A program made the translations under genes and the position numbers. From an uncultured Candidatus Saccharibacteria bacterium (GTDB lineage Bacteria; Patescibacteriota; Saccharimonadia; Saccharimonadales; JAGQNJ01): 64,000 nucleotides of DNA. Shown piece by piece: positions 8,812 through 17,498 of this stretch; position 1 is the stretch's first letter, and the number at the start of each line of letters is the position of its first letter. Below the pieces are notes generated by a model, which saw only the letters and a program-made list of their open reading frames with translations, was not told where the DNA came from and made no database searches. The DNA lies in assembly GCA_964584895.1 (NCBI GenBank), contig CAZPAW010000001.1, positions 337,504-401,503 of the forward strand, written 5' to 3'.

Positions 8812-10980
8812 GTGGTTGAGGAATTTCTTAAAGACTTAAATACAGAACAGCAAAGAGCAGTAAAATCTACTGAAGGTCCTTTATTGATTTTGGCGGGTGC
8901 CGGTAGTGGCAAAACAAAAACACTTACAAATCGAATCGCCTATATCATTGATAAGAACCTCGCTACTCCCTACAACATTTTAGCTGTAACCTTTACCAAT
9001 AAAGCGGCAGAAGAGATGCGGCAACGAGTCGCGGTATTGCTTGGGCATCGATCAGATGACAGGACTTTTATGCCTTACATGGGAACGTTTCACAGTATCT
9101 GTGTTCGATTACTACGTCAGGACGGAGATCATATTGGCGTTCCCAAAAATTTTGTGATTTTTGATGAATTAGATAGAGTCGCTTGCGTCAAAAAGATTTC
9201 AAAAGAATTATCGATCGATGAAAAAAGTTTTCCGGCCCGCAAGCTATCAGGTGTGATTTCGAGCGCAAAAAATGATTTGGTTACGCCTGATGAAATGATC
9301 TCATCAGCTAACAGTCCAACCCAAAAAGAAGCGGCTCGCGTCTATCCTATTTATCAGAAATATTTGATTGACGCTATGGCGCTTGATTTTGACGATTTGA
9401 TTGCAAAAACCGTAAAGCTATTATCAGAAAATGATGAAGTTAGACAGAAGTGGCAAAATCAATTTAAATACGTGATGATTGACGAGTATCAGGATACTAA
9501 CGTTGCGCAATATAAGTTAATAAAACTACTGATAAATGAACGAAATAATATTGCTGTAGTAGGCGATGATTGGCAATCGATTTATTCATGGAGAGGCGCT
9601 GATTTTAAGAATATTCTAAATTTTGAAAAAGACTACAAAAACTGTCAGGTTATAAAATTAGAACAAAATTATCGAAGCACAAAACATATATTAGATGCTG
9701 CACATGGCGTAATTGCAAAAAATGCTCATAGATCTACTAAAAAACTTTGGACAGATTTGGGCGATGGTTTGCCTGTGCAGATAATACCGGTTCATTCTGA
9801 ACGAAGTGAGGGTGAGGCGATTGTTAGAGTGATTCGAAATCAAGTTGACGGAAGGACAAGACAATACAAAGATTTTGCAGTGCTTTACAGAACAAACGCA
9901 CAAAGCCGTTCGCTTGAAGAGGTTTTTGTACATTATGGTATACCTTATAGAATCGTTGGCGGTGTTAGATTTTATGACCGCAAAGAGATTAAAGATATTA
10001 TTGCTTACCTGAGATTAATTTATCAACCAGAAGATATAATTAGTTTTGAAAGAGTTGTAAATATTCCAGCTAGAGGTGTTGGGGCAAAATCACTCATTAA
10101 TTTTAATTCATGGAGATTAGACAATAGAGTCTCTCTGGATGATGCTTTATCGAACGTTGTCAATTGTAGCGCCATAACAGCCAAAGCTAGAAAGGGATTG
10201 GCGGATCTTGCCGACATACTGCAGTCACTTCGCACGGTAATGTCAGACAGTAGTGTATCTGGACTAGTTGATGCACTTGTGCGACGGCTGGATTATATAA
10301 ATTATCTTGATGATGGGACTATTCAGGCACAGTCAAGACAAGAAAATGTCAAAGAATTAATGTCGGTAGCCTCAGAATACGAGACTTTAGGCTTGGATGG
10401 CTTTTTGGAAGAAGTGTCGTTACTGACTAGTGCTGACAATAATGACAGCCAAAAAGACTGTGTTACTTTAATGACTTTGCATGGGGCTAAAGGGCTGGAA
10501 TTTCCCGTAGTGTTTATGGCTGGTATGGAGGAAACAATTTTTCCACATAGCAGAGCGCTTTATGATGCGACCGAAATGGAAGAAGAGCGACGATTGTGCT
10601 ATGTCGGTATGACTCGTGCAAAACAAGAGCTATATCTGTTATTTGCATCCAGTCGAATGCTATATGGTGGAGTGCAACACAACCCTCCTAGTCGATTTTT
10701 GTCTGATGCTAATCCGAAGTTGATGAATACTCATCAATCTCCTATGTTCAATAGTACTTATGAGAGTGAATATGCTCCTAGGCCAAAAGAGGCTATGAGC
10801 GTCTCGAGCGAGCCTCGCTATGTGCCTGATCTAGATATTGGCGACGGAATTAATCATTCTGTTTTTGGAAAAGGGATAGTAGTTCACATGGATGGAGATA
10901 TTGCGACGATTAGCTTTAATGGACGAGGTACAAAGCAATTAGATATCAGTCTCGCGCCTTTAGAAAAGATCGACAGCTAA
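8812..10980 (+). CDS. uvrD: ATP-dependent DNA helicase, UvrD/PcrA family
   Basis: 722 aa, GTG start. Helicase motifs AGAGSGKT, DEYQDTN, EQNYRST, TLHGAKGLEFPVVF, YVGMTRAK. Confidence 0.9.
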   Translation: MVEEFLKDLNTEQQRAVKSTEGPLLILAGAGSGKTKTLTNRIAYIIDKNLATPYNILAVTFTNKAAEEMRQRVAVLLGHRSDDRTFMPYMGTFHSICVRLLRQDGDHIGVPKNFVIFDELDRVACVKKISKELSIDEKSFPARKLSGVISSAKNDLVTPDEMISSANSPTQKEAARVYPIYQKYLIDAMALDFDDLIAKTVKLLSENDEVRQKWQNQFKYVMIDEYQDTNVAQYKLIKLLINERNNIAVVGDDWQSIYSWRGADFKNILNFEKDYKNCQVIKLEQNYRSTKHILDAAHGVIAKNAHRSTKKLWTDLGDGLPVQIIPVHSERSEGEAIVRVIRNQVDGRTRQYKDFAVLYRTNAQSRSLEEVFVHYGIPYRIVGGVRFYDRKEIKDIIAYLRLIYQPEDIISFERVVNIPARGVGAKSLINFNSWRLDNRVSLDDALSNVVNCSAITAKARKGLADLADILQSLRTVMSDSSVSGLVDALVRRLDYINYLDDGTIQAQSRQENVKELMSVASEYETLGLDGFLEEVSLLTSADNNDSQKDCVTLMTLHGAKGLEFPVVFMAGMEETIFPHSRALYDATEMEEERRLCYVGMTRAKQELYLLFASSRMLYGGVQHNPPSRFLSDANPKLMNTHQSPMFNSTYESEYAPRPKEAMSVSSEPRYVPDLDIGDGINHSVFGKGIVVHMDGDIATISFNGRGTKQLDISLAPLEKIDS

Positions 10981-11098
10981 CTAAGTTTGCTCGACTTTTT
11001 ATTTATGCTGAACCAGATAAGTGCTACAATTAGCCATAGCAATTTTCGACTGACGACAGAGGTAACTATTCGGAAAAAGTCAAAAATTACGATAATAT

Positions 11099-12346
11099 AT
11101 GTTTAAAAAAAAGTCAAAGAACTCTAATAATCAAAAGCCAAACAGGATAAAGGTCAGGCAACTACACAAACATCCGTTCGTTGTACCTATTGCGACCTTT
11201 TTCTTACTCTTTTTTATTACAATTTTTGCTTACATCAATTTTAATGCTTCGGAGGTTAGTCCAGCCGATCAACGAGTGGTAAATGTTTATGTTGACGATC
11301 AACAACAGGTTGTCCCGACTAGAGCACGTACAGTAGGTGATTTGCTAAAACGGATGGATGTAACTTTAAATGAGGGCGATCAAGTTGAGCCAAAGGCAAG
11401 TACGCCAATATTAGAAGATGACTTTACCGTTAATGTATACAGAGCAAGGCCAGTAACTGTTATAGATGGCAAAAAAATAACCACAGTTCTTAGCGCCCAG
11501 CAATCAGCTCGTGCAGTCGCCGAAGAAGTTGGCTTAAAATTATACCCTGAAGACGATGTTAGGCTTAAGGTCCCTGACGATCTATTGAAGGAGGGTGTAA
11601 TTGCTGAAAAAGTTGTTATAAAAAGATCTATTCCTGTCAAGCTAGTGTTATATGGTCAAACGTATAGCGTGCGAACCTTGTCAAAAACCGTAGGCGAATT
11701 AGTTAAGGAAAAGGGACTTGATACTAATGAAGTTACAGTATTTCCGCCTGCAAAAACAAAACTAAAACCAAATTCTGTAGTATATGTAACCTACCCTGGC
11801 AAAAAAATAATTACCAAAGAAGAAAAAATACCATTTAAAGAAAAAAGAGTCGAAGATCCTGATTTAGATGTTGGGGTAAGCGAAGTTAGGCGAGAAGGCG
11901 AGAATGGTAAAAAAGTTGTGATTTATGAAATTGATAAGAGTAATCCTAAGAAAAAGAAAGCGCTAAAGACTGTCGTAGCAAAAAAACCAATCGATAAAAT
12001 AATCGCTGTTGGAACAGGGGGTTCTAGTGAAGATTTGTCTCTTCCGGGCGGAACAGTTTCGGGTAGTAAATTGGATTGGATGAAGGCTGCCGGGATCGAC
12101 CCGTCCCAATATCAATATGTTGATTTTATTATCGGACACGAATCAGGTTGGAATCCCGCTAGTGTTAGTGCAAATCGTTGCGTAGGTCTTGGTCAGCGAT
12201 GTGATGCTAGTGTTCTTATATCGGCATGTCCTAACTGGCAATCTGATCCAGTCTGTCAGCTGAATCATTTTAGTGGATATGCAAATGGGCGTTATGGTAG
12301 TTGGCAAGGGGCTTATAATGCGTGGCAAGCCCAAGGCTGGTGGTAA
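11099..12346 (+). CDS. RpfB/YabE-like cell-wall protein (TM anchor, DUF348-like repeats, G5 domain, C-terminal transglycosylase-like domain)
   Basis: 415 aa. N-terminal TM, three repeats of the V.V..DG....T.A.TVG.LL type, and a G5-like segment (EVRREGENGKKVVIYE...IIAVGT). The C-terminus (IIGHESGWNP...GLGQ...RYGSWQGAYNAWQAQGWW) resembles resuscitation/aggregation-promoting-factor lysozyme-like domains. Confidence 0.75.
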   Translation: MFKKKSKNSNNQKPNRIKVRQLHKHPFVVPIATFFLLFFITIFAYINFNASEVSPADQRVVNVYVDDQQQVVPTRARTVGDLLKRMDVTLNEGDQVEPKASTPILEDDFTVNVYRARPVTVIDGKKITTVLSAQQSARAVAEEVGLKLYPEDDVRLKVPDDLLKEGVIAEKVVIKRSIPVKLVLYGQTYSVRTLSKTVGELVKEKGLDTNEVTVFPPAKTKLKPNSVVYVTYPGKKIITKEEKIPFKEKRVEDPDLDVGVSEVRREGENGKKVVIYEIDKSNPKKKKALKTVVAKKPIDKIIAVGTGGSSEDLSLPGGTVSGSKLDWMKAAGIDPSQYQYVDFIIGHESGWNPASVSANRCVGLGQRCDASVLISACPNWQSDPVCQLNHFSGYANGRYGSWQGAYNAWQAQGWW

Positions 12347-12531
12347 TTCTGGCTCATGCACCACGGCGACCTGCTTTCTGGCAGAGCCAGAAACACTGTC
12401 GCCGTTCTCGGCACATTGCGATAGTTTTCGCTGCGGGGCGCAGTCGCCGTACCTAGCGTACGACTCCCTTACACTCCACGTGAAGAACTATTGAACTGCA
12501 CTCGAGCGCAAGACCCAGAATCGATTTTTTT
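12347..12531 (+). ncRNA. candidate structured RNA / 3'-UTR element of unknown class (GC-rich)
   Basis: Starts right after the stop codon and is locally GC-rich in an AT-rich genome. Nested stems GGCGAC(12365-70)/GTCGCC(12398-403) enclose TTTCTGGC(12375-82)/GCCAGAAA(12386-93). A competing 9-bp pairing is TTCTGGCTC(12347-55)/GAGCCAGAA(12385-93). CTGCG-GGG-CGCAG sits at 12431-43, and the element ends CCCAGAATCGATTTTTTT. Confidence 0.3.
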
Positions 12532-12587
12532 GATTTGACAATCCGTATAAAATTTAATATTTTACAAAACAGTGTTTACGCTCAAAT

Positions 12588-12616
12588 TTGACATAACTAC
12601 TTAGATATTCTAATGT
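12588..12616 (+). promoter_or_regulatory. putative sigma-70-type promoter
   Basis: TTGACA (12588-93), 17-nt spacer, TAATGT (12611-16), 38 nt upstream of the 12654 ATG. Confidence 0.35.
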
Positions 12617-12653
12617 ATATATACATATTTTAAGATTCAGAGGCGCAAAAATT

Positions 12654-13178
12654 ATGGCTCGACATTATATAGACAGAGGAACAAATGAAACAGAGGCTAG
12701 TGTTATGGCGATGGTTGCCTTAAACCCAGGTCAATACTTAATGAGTGACATTGCGAAAGAACTCGGTAAAATTCCTAGCTCAATAAGCAGCGCGGCGAGA
12801 GGCTTAGCTAGCAGGGGATGGTTAGAATCTGGGAATTCAAAGACTAAAAGACCAAATATTGCTTATAAAACACTTGTTCCAACGGATGAATTTTGGTCAG
12901 ATTACAAGAGAGTTGTCCAAGTTATCCACGAGTTTTTTGAATCAGATAAAAAACTAGAGCCGGTTTTTACAAACGCCATTACGGCTAAGCATGAGCTTGG
13001 CGATCTGAAGCCCGAATCCCAAGAGTATCTTGACCGACGAGTCGTGTACTTAGGAGGGATAGCAGTACTGGGTGAGCATGTCGATCTACATATAGCCACA
13101 TCTGGAGTGTGGTTTGCATATGAGCCAGGATGGCGCGCAATCGTTGACGTTCAGGTATCTCAAATTCCTGCTTCATAA
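12654..13178 (+). CDS. hypothetical protein, possible MarR-like winged-helix regulator
   Basis: 174 aa. The N-terminal segment LMSDIAKELGKIPSSISSAARGLASRGWLESG looks like an HTH recognition helix plus wing. Assignment is tentative. Confidence 0.45.
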   Translation: MARHYIDRGTNETEASVMAMVALNPGQYLMSDIAKELGKIPSSISSAARGLASRGWLESGNSKTKRPNIAYKTLVPTDEFWSDYKRVVQVIHEFFESDKKLEPVFTNAITAKHELGDLKPESQEYLDRRVVYLGGIAVLGEHVDLHIATSGVWFAYEPGWRAIVDVQVSQIPAS

Positions 13179-13202
13179 GTTTTTTTGCTAAGCTGTTGAT
13201 AT

Positions 13203-13994
13203 ATGGGCGCAACAATACCGAATAAATTTCTGGGGCAGCATTGGCTGAAGGATAAATATTCTTTGCAGGCGATGATTGAGAGCGCTGAGGTCAATACTAG
13301 CGATAATGTGCTTGAGATTGGGCCCGGAACAGGTCTTTTAACAGATCAATTATTAGATGCTGGTGCACAAGTTACAGCGTTAGAATTTGATCATACTTTG
13401 GCCCAGCAATTGCTGTTTAAATATGCCAGCAATAAGAATGTGCAGGTAATTGAGGGCGATATTCGTAAGTTTGATTTTGCTAGCTTGCCAGCAAACTTTA
13501 AAATTGTTGCCAACATCCCTTATTATTTGACGGCGAATTTGTTTAGAAAGCTGATTGATTCTGATAAAAAACCAGATGTAGCTTCATTGTTAGTACAAAA
13601 AGAAGTTGCCGAGCGAGCTAGCGCCGAGGCTGGCAAATTGTCATTTGTAGCTGTGGCTTTGCAGGTCTTTTATCAGATAAGGGCAGGGGAGGTAGTACTG
13701 GCACATTTGTTTGAACCACCACCCAAAATCGACTCTCAAATTCTTGTGCTAGAACGGAGAGAAACGCCACAGATTGATGTTGACAAAATCGATAATTTTT
13801 TAACACTAGTAAAGGCTGGCTTTGATCAACCTAGAAAAAAACTGATTTCTAATCTGTTGAGAGAAGTAAAAGATGAAAAAGAAGTCTTACTTCAGATATT
13901 TGATGGGCTAGAGATCGATTCTAGCGTTCGGGCTCAAGAATTATCAATTGACCAGTGGAAGCAACTATTTGCAAAGCTACAGAAAAATTTGTAG
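13203..13994 (+). CDS. rsmA: 16S rRNA (adenine1518/1519-N6)-dimethyltransferase
   Basis: 263 aa. LGQHWL, SAM-binding LEIGPGTGLLT, NIPYY motifs. Confidence 0.9.
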   Translation: MGATIPNKFLGQHWLKDKYSLQAMIESAEVNTSDNVLEIGPGTGLLTDQLLDAGAQVTALEFDHTLAQQLLFKYASNKNVQVIEGDIRKFDFASLPANFKIVANIPYYLTANLFRKLIDSDKKPDVASLLVQKEVAERASAEAGKLSFVAVALQVFYQIRAGEVVLAHLFEPPPKIDSQILVLERRETPQIDVDKIDNFLTLVKAGFDQPRKKLISNLLREVKDEKEVLLQIFDGLEIDSSVRAQELSIDQWKQLFAKLQKNL

Positions 13995-14115
13995 GAGTCC
14001 CCTACCCTAACTGTTGTAAAAATAAAACATATGATTTTTGTAGTTCTGGAGACTTCGATATAGGACTTTTCGATACTTAAGGTATTTGCAAATGTACGGC
14101 TTCCCTGTCTTAATA

Positions 14116-14144
14116 TTGCTAATGTTTACGGATTTTGTTATAAT
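14116..14144 (+). promoter_or_regulatory. putative ssrA promoter
   Basis: TTGCTA (14116-21), 17-nt spacer, TATAAT (14139-44), 10 nt upstream of the mature tmRNA 5' end. Confidence 0.5.
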
Positions 14145-14154
14145 AATCTTTGAT

Positions 14155-14541
14155 GGGGCTGAAATTATGCTCGACGTAGGACTTTATCAGTTAGATCGGC
14201 AGGTCGCTTGTCAGCGTATAGGCAACTATTTTAACTGCAAATGTTAAAAAACAGCTAGTAGCAGCTTTTGGAAATTTCCAAATGCCTAAACTAGCGCCCG
14301 CTTTAGTTTAACTAAAGCCACGCGGTAGAGTGACATCAGATAACATTACCAACGTGTCATATCATCTGGTTGCCTAAGTTTCGTTATTCGAAAACTTAGT
14401 AAGACAATAGGATATGCGAGACTTAATTTTTTTGTCTGTTTATAGATTGGGTTTCTAAGAAAAAGTAAAATAGACTATGCCTGTAGAAGACTAACAAAGA
14501 TAATCCAGCGGACCGGAGTGCAATTCTCCGCAGCTCCACCA
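14155..14541 (+). ncRNA. ssrA: transfer-messenger RNA (tmRNA)
   Basis: 5' GGGGCTGAAATTATGCTCGACG. The 3' end GGACCGGAGTGCAATTCTCCGCAGCTCCACCA gives a T-arm plus an acceptor stem pairing GGGGCUG/CAGCUCC with a G3:U pair and a terminal ACCA. An internal tag-like ORF runs GCA AAT GTT ... CTA GCG CCC GCT TTA GTT TAA (tentatively ...KLAPALV*, resume codon uncertain). Confidence 0.85.
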
Positions 14542-14574
14542 AAAGGGACTTTTCAGTTTTTGAAAGGTCTTTTT
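14533..14574 (+). repeat. 42-bp direct repeat, copy 1 (attL-like; last 9 nt of ssrA plus terminator)
   Basis: GCTCCACCAAAAGGGACTTTTCAGTTTTTGAAAGGTCTTTTT is identical to 17002-17043. Confidence 0.85.
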
Positions 14575-14575
14575 T
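14547..14575 (+). terminator. rho-independent terminator of ssrA
   Basis: 9-bp stem GACTTTTCA / TGAAAGGTC (one G:U), 5-nt loop, then a T-run. Confidence 0.7.
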
Positions 14576-14734
14576 ATTATTGATGGTAATCGATGTTCGA
14601 TAGTGCAATGCGACAATCAAGAGAACAAACGAGTTGCCAGCATTCCATCTAGCCAAATATTTGAATCGTAAAGATGATCTTAATGATTTATTCTACTAAC
14701 TAAGATTCAAATTCCCTCGGCATAATAAACAATA

Positions 14735-15886
14735 TTATGTGAGTATTTGTTCTATGGTTACTGTAGTTCGGCGTTTAGGATCTATGAGAATGTAGTTATT
14801 TTCTAACACCGCTTTACCGACACGCCAAGCAGCCTCTCCGCTGTATTCTCCATTGTCTGTTTCTACGTGATTTACTTGATCGTCCGAATCAGGCAGACTA
14901 TCGATAAAAGCTTGACGGGCTCGTCGTCGCTTGGATTCGGCTACAAAAGCTGCAAACTTCTCAGGGTCTTTTATTACATTGGGGGATTTTGTGTGTCGTC
15001 GCTTGGATTCTGCTACAAAAGCTGCAAACTTATCAGGATCTACAATTGTACCTTCCGAAGCACTTGGCGGATCTTCAGTTTCAGCTGTTTTCGGCGTACG
15101 GTCGTATGTATCGCGGAGAACATCTAGAGATTTACTAACGATTTGCTGAATACGTTGGTGGGTTAGCTTATGATCTAGACCAATTTCTTTAAAAGTCTTG
15201 GGCGCTCCGGAAAGACCAAAGTAAGAAAAAAGAATTTTAATGCTACGGTCAGGCAATTCGGCATCATTGATGAGTTTAACTATAGTTTCGCGTGCCTCAA
15301 CAACGTCTAATTCTGTTGATGCCCGACTGTCTGGTGCGTCGTGTTGCCACTCGAGCGGGGCGAGTTCTTCGGCTATATCCACGGCAAGGTCTGTTTGTTG
15401 ATCTTCATCAACATATCCTTCATAACTTGGGATTTGTTCGTTGTATGTTATATTTGGCAACGGAAGGGTCCCAAGAAATGCTTTTTCGAAAGCATGAACC
15501 GGGAGAGGCCATGGCATGTCTTCTATTGCGGCATATCGAACCATAGCATTAGTGATGCGCGGAAGAGCTAGCGTTGATAAAGCCCCCTGATCTGGTTTGA
15601 AGTCTGCTAATGTACTAGGCAATGCAAAGAAACCGGTTTGTACGAAATCTTCGAATTCTGCAAGGCTACCATTACTTCTTGCGAAACCGACTTTTATTGC
15701 ATTTAACTTTATTAAGTGGTTGTTTGTTTTTAGCGCACCAATGACTAATCTTGCACCATGGTAAAGAAGACCTAAATTCTCACCACATTCTCTCATTAAA
15801 TCAGTCGGGATAACAGGGGTTTCTCTATCGGGATTTGCAAGCGTGCCAGGCCCAATTTGTTCTCTTATCGCCTCATCAATTTCCAT
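14735..15886 (-). CDS. sigma-70 family-like protein with C-terminal tandem repeat
   Basis: 383 aa. Region-2-like FEDFVQTGFFAL...FKPDQGA..STLALPRITNAMVRY. Region-4 HTH-like LPDRSIKILFSYFGLSGAPKTFKEIGLDHKLTHQRIQQIVSKSLDVLR. C-terminal duplicated DP[DE]KFAAFVAESKRR. Confidence 0.7.
   Translation of the reverse strand: MEIDEAIREQIGPGTLANPDRETPVIPTDLMRECGENLGLLYHGARLVIGALKTNNHLIKLNAIKVGFARSNGSLAEFEDFVQTGFFALPSTLADFKPDQGALSTLALPRITNAMVRYAAIEDMPWPLPVHAFEKAFLGTLPLPNITYNEQIPSYEGYVDEDQQTDLAVDIAEELAPLEWQHDAPDSRASTELDVVEARETIVKLINDAELPDRSIKILFSYFGLSGAPKTFKEIGLDHKLTHQRIQQIVSKSLDVLRDTYDRTPKTAETEDPPSASEGTIVDPDKFAAFVAESKRRHTKSPNVIKDPEKFAAFVAESKRRRARQAFIDSLPDSDDQVNHVETDNGEYSGEAAWRVGKAVLENNYILIDPKRRTTVTIEQILT
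14924..15040 (-). repeat. 72-nt-period tandem duplication inside the sigma-like gene
   Basis: TCGTCGCTTGGATTC[G/T]GCTACAAAAGCTGCAAACTT[C/A]TCAGG[G/A]TC at 14924-14968 and 14996-15040, in frame (24 aa). Confidence 0.85.
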
Positions 15887-16061
15887 AACGAAACAAATTA
15901 TACACTAAAACGGATAATACCGCAAAAATTTAGTATTGCATAATTTTCTATTTATAAGGGCTTTATTAGAAAACCATTACCTATTTGTATTTCGTCATAA
16001 TTAAGGTTGGTTTTTTGAAGCTGTTCAACACAATCTATTCATTAAGTGTGAAGAATTGTTG

Positions 16062-16724
16062 TTATTGTGGATTAATAGCGATAACACCAATAAAATGTCT
16101 TAAAACTGGTTCACTGCCAAGATTTTTACTTGACCGATGCCAAACATTGTTGTCAATTCTGGCAACGGCTAGTTCTGGTGGTTGATCGATTGTAAGTAAG
16201 CCTTCGTTTAAAGCTTCATCTATGATTACATTTTCATTTGAAGATGTTGATCTGGATGCTCTCAGAAAAGCTCTCGCCCAGCGTCCTTTAAGTACACCGC
16301 TAACGATTTCGGTGGGCAAAACATCCGAGACGATATAGGCTTTTGCATCTTCGGAATAACCCATATCTAAATGCCATTTTAGAGAAAGTTGCCTCAAACT
16401 TGGAGCGACAAGCCCTTTTGCGTAGTATAAGGTTGTTTTATCTTGTGCGGTTTTTGGTAAGTGTTCATCGGACCCTGTTACAGCTATAATTGCTTCGCGA
16501 ACTATTTCGAGGCTGTGATCATCATCAATGGTTTCTACAATTCCACGAGCTGTAATTGCTTTTAGTGGAGGCTCATTTCTGACTTCAAGCGTGGTTTGAA
16601 CGCTTTCGTGACGGCAAAATCCGTATTGTTCATTCAGAGGATCTAAAGGCAAAAAGACTTCAGGAGAAATAGTGCGCTTTATGACTGCTGCTGGCAAAAC
16701 TACACGCTCAAACATTATAGACAA
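16062..16724 (-). CDS. hypothetical protein (islet cargo)
   Basis: 220-aa ORF co-oriented with the sigma-like gene. No recognisable motif. Confidence 0.5.
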   Translation of the reverse strand: MSIMFERVVLPAAVIKRTISPEVFLPLDPLNEQYGFCRHESVQTTLEVRNEPPLKAITARGIVETIDDDHSLEIVREAIIAVTGSDEHLPKTAQDKTTLYYAKGLVAPSLRQLSLKWHLDMGYSEDAKAYIVSDVLPTEIVSGVLKGRWARAFLRASRSTSSNENVIIDEALNEGLLTIDQPPELAVARIDNNVWHRSSKNLGSEPVLRHFIGVIAINPQ

Positions 16725-17001
16725 ATTATACCATATATATAAAAATAAAACAAATTAATATTTGCATTCCATATCGGAATAATGTCTTAGACAATGTCAT
16801 ATATATCATTATGATTATGCTATTTTAGGGTGTGTGTTGATGTCAAAACGATGAGCCTCGGACAGTTGATTCGTCTTGACCTTGCCGAAGGAGAGGATAA
16901 TGAACGACATTTTTTATTGTTGTACTTAGTTCAATCGCCCTAGAGTAAATACCGCCATCTTCGAATTTCGGCAAAGATGAGGGGTGAACTCTTTTCGAGG
17001 T

Positions 17002-17043
17002 GCTCCACCAAAAGGGACTTTTCAGTTTTTGAAAGGTCTTTTT
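17002..17043 (+). repeat. 42-bp direct repeat, copy 2 (attR-like; includes a second copy of the ssrA terminator hairpin)
   Basis: Identical to 14533-14574. The sequence upstream of it is unrelated to the tmRNA body. Confidence 0.85.
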
Positions 17044-17117
17044 GTTTTGCCATTCTTTAATACATACCAAATAACACGCATTGCATAGTTTGACGACCAT
17101 AAATATAATAATCTTAA

Positions 17118-17399
17118 ATGAGTGAGCACGCTGCATACTGGTATATAACCGAGCGAGCAAGTATAGAAGAGCTGGAGGTCCTGGATGCAAGGATATGGCC
17201 GACTGACTTTGATACTTACATGGAGGGAAGCGGTAATTTATACTTAAAGTATGATCCCGTCGCTTCTATGGAAATGCTGGAACAGACGTGGCGTCAAGGA
17301 GTTTGGCTAGGAGGAGTTATCCACGCTCAGTTTAAGCAACAAACCGGTCACGAAGAACCAGCAGTGCTTTGGTGGTGCAAAGATTTCGATCAACTATAA
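17118..17399 (+). CDS. hypothetical protein
   Basis: 93-aa Trp-rich ORF starting 75 nt after repeat copy 2. Confidence 0.45.
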   Translation: MSEHAAYWYITERASIEELEVLDARIWPTDFDTYMEGSGNLYLKYDPVASMEMLEQTWRQGVWLGGVIHAQFKQQTGHEEPAVLWWCKDFDQL

Positions 17400-17498
17400 A
17401 CTTAGTTTAGCGTAAGCGTTTTATGCCGTATTTTTATATTGCTTGTGGTTTTGGATGAATTAGCGCTATACTTTAGATAAATTAATTGCGGGGTAAGT

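Larger units (their letters stand above)
14575..17001. mobile_element. candidate ssrA-associated genomic islet (integrase-less, possibly a remnant)
   Basis: Bounded by the perfect 42-bp direct repeat that includes the tmRNA 3' end. Contains two minus-strand genes unrelated to the flanking housekeeping genes. No recombinase ORF is visible. Confidence 0.45.

Noticed and set aside
12273-12494. 73-aa ORF spanning the end of the RpfB-like gene and the GC-rich spacer
   Set aside because: It overlaps the upstream CDS, has no RBS, and its sequence is dominated by the inverted repeats. It is treated as a non-coding structured region instead.
14423-14656. 77-aa minus-strand ORF
   Set aside because: It overlaps the 3' third of the tmRNA gene and its terminator, so it is an artefact of the RNA gene.
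14575-17001. Complete prophage or integrative element at ssrA
   Set aside because: Only two cargo genes are present, with no recombinase, excisionase, replication or structural genes. It is reported only as an integrase-less islet or remnant.
16843-17190. 115-aa minus-strand ORF crossing the second 42-bp repeat
   Set aside because: It spans the attR-like repeat and terminator hairpin and overlaps the start of ORF 17118. It has no RBS and was not treated as an integrase remnant, since no R..H..R..Y-type motifs are present.
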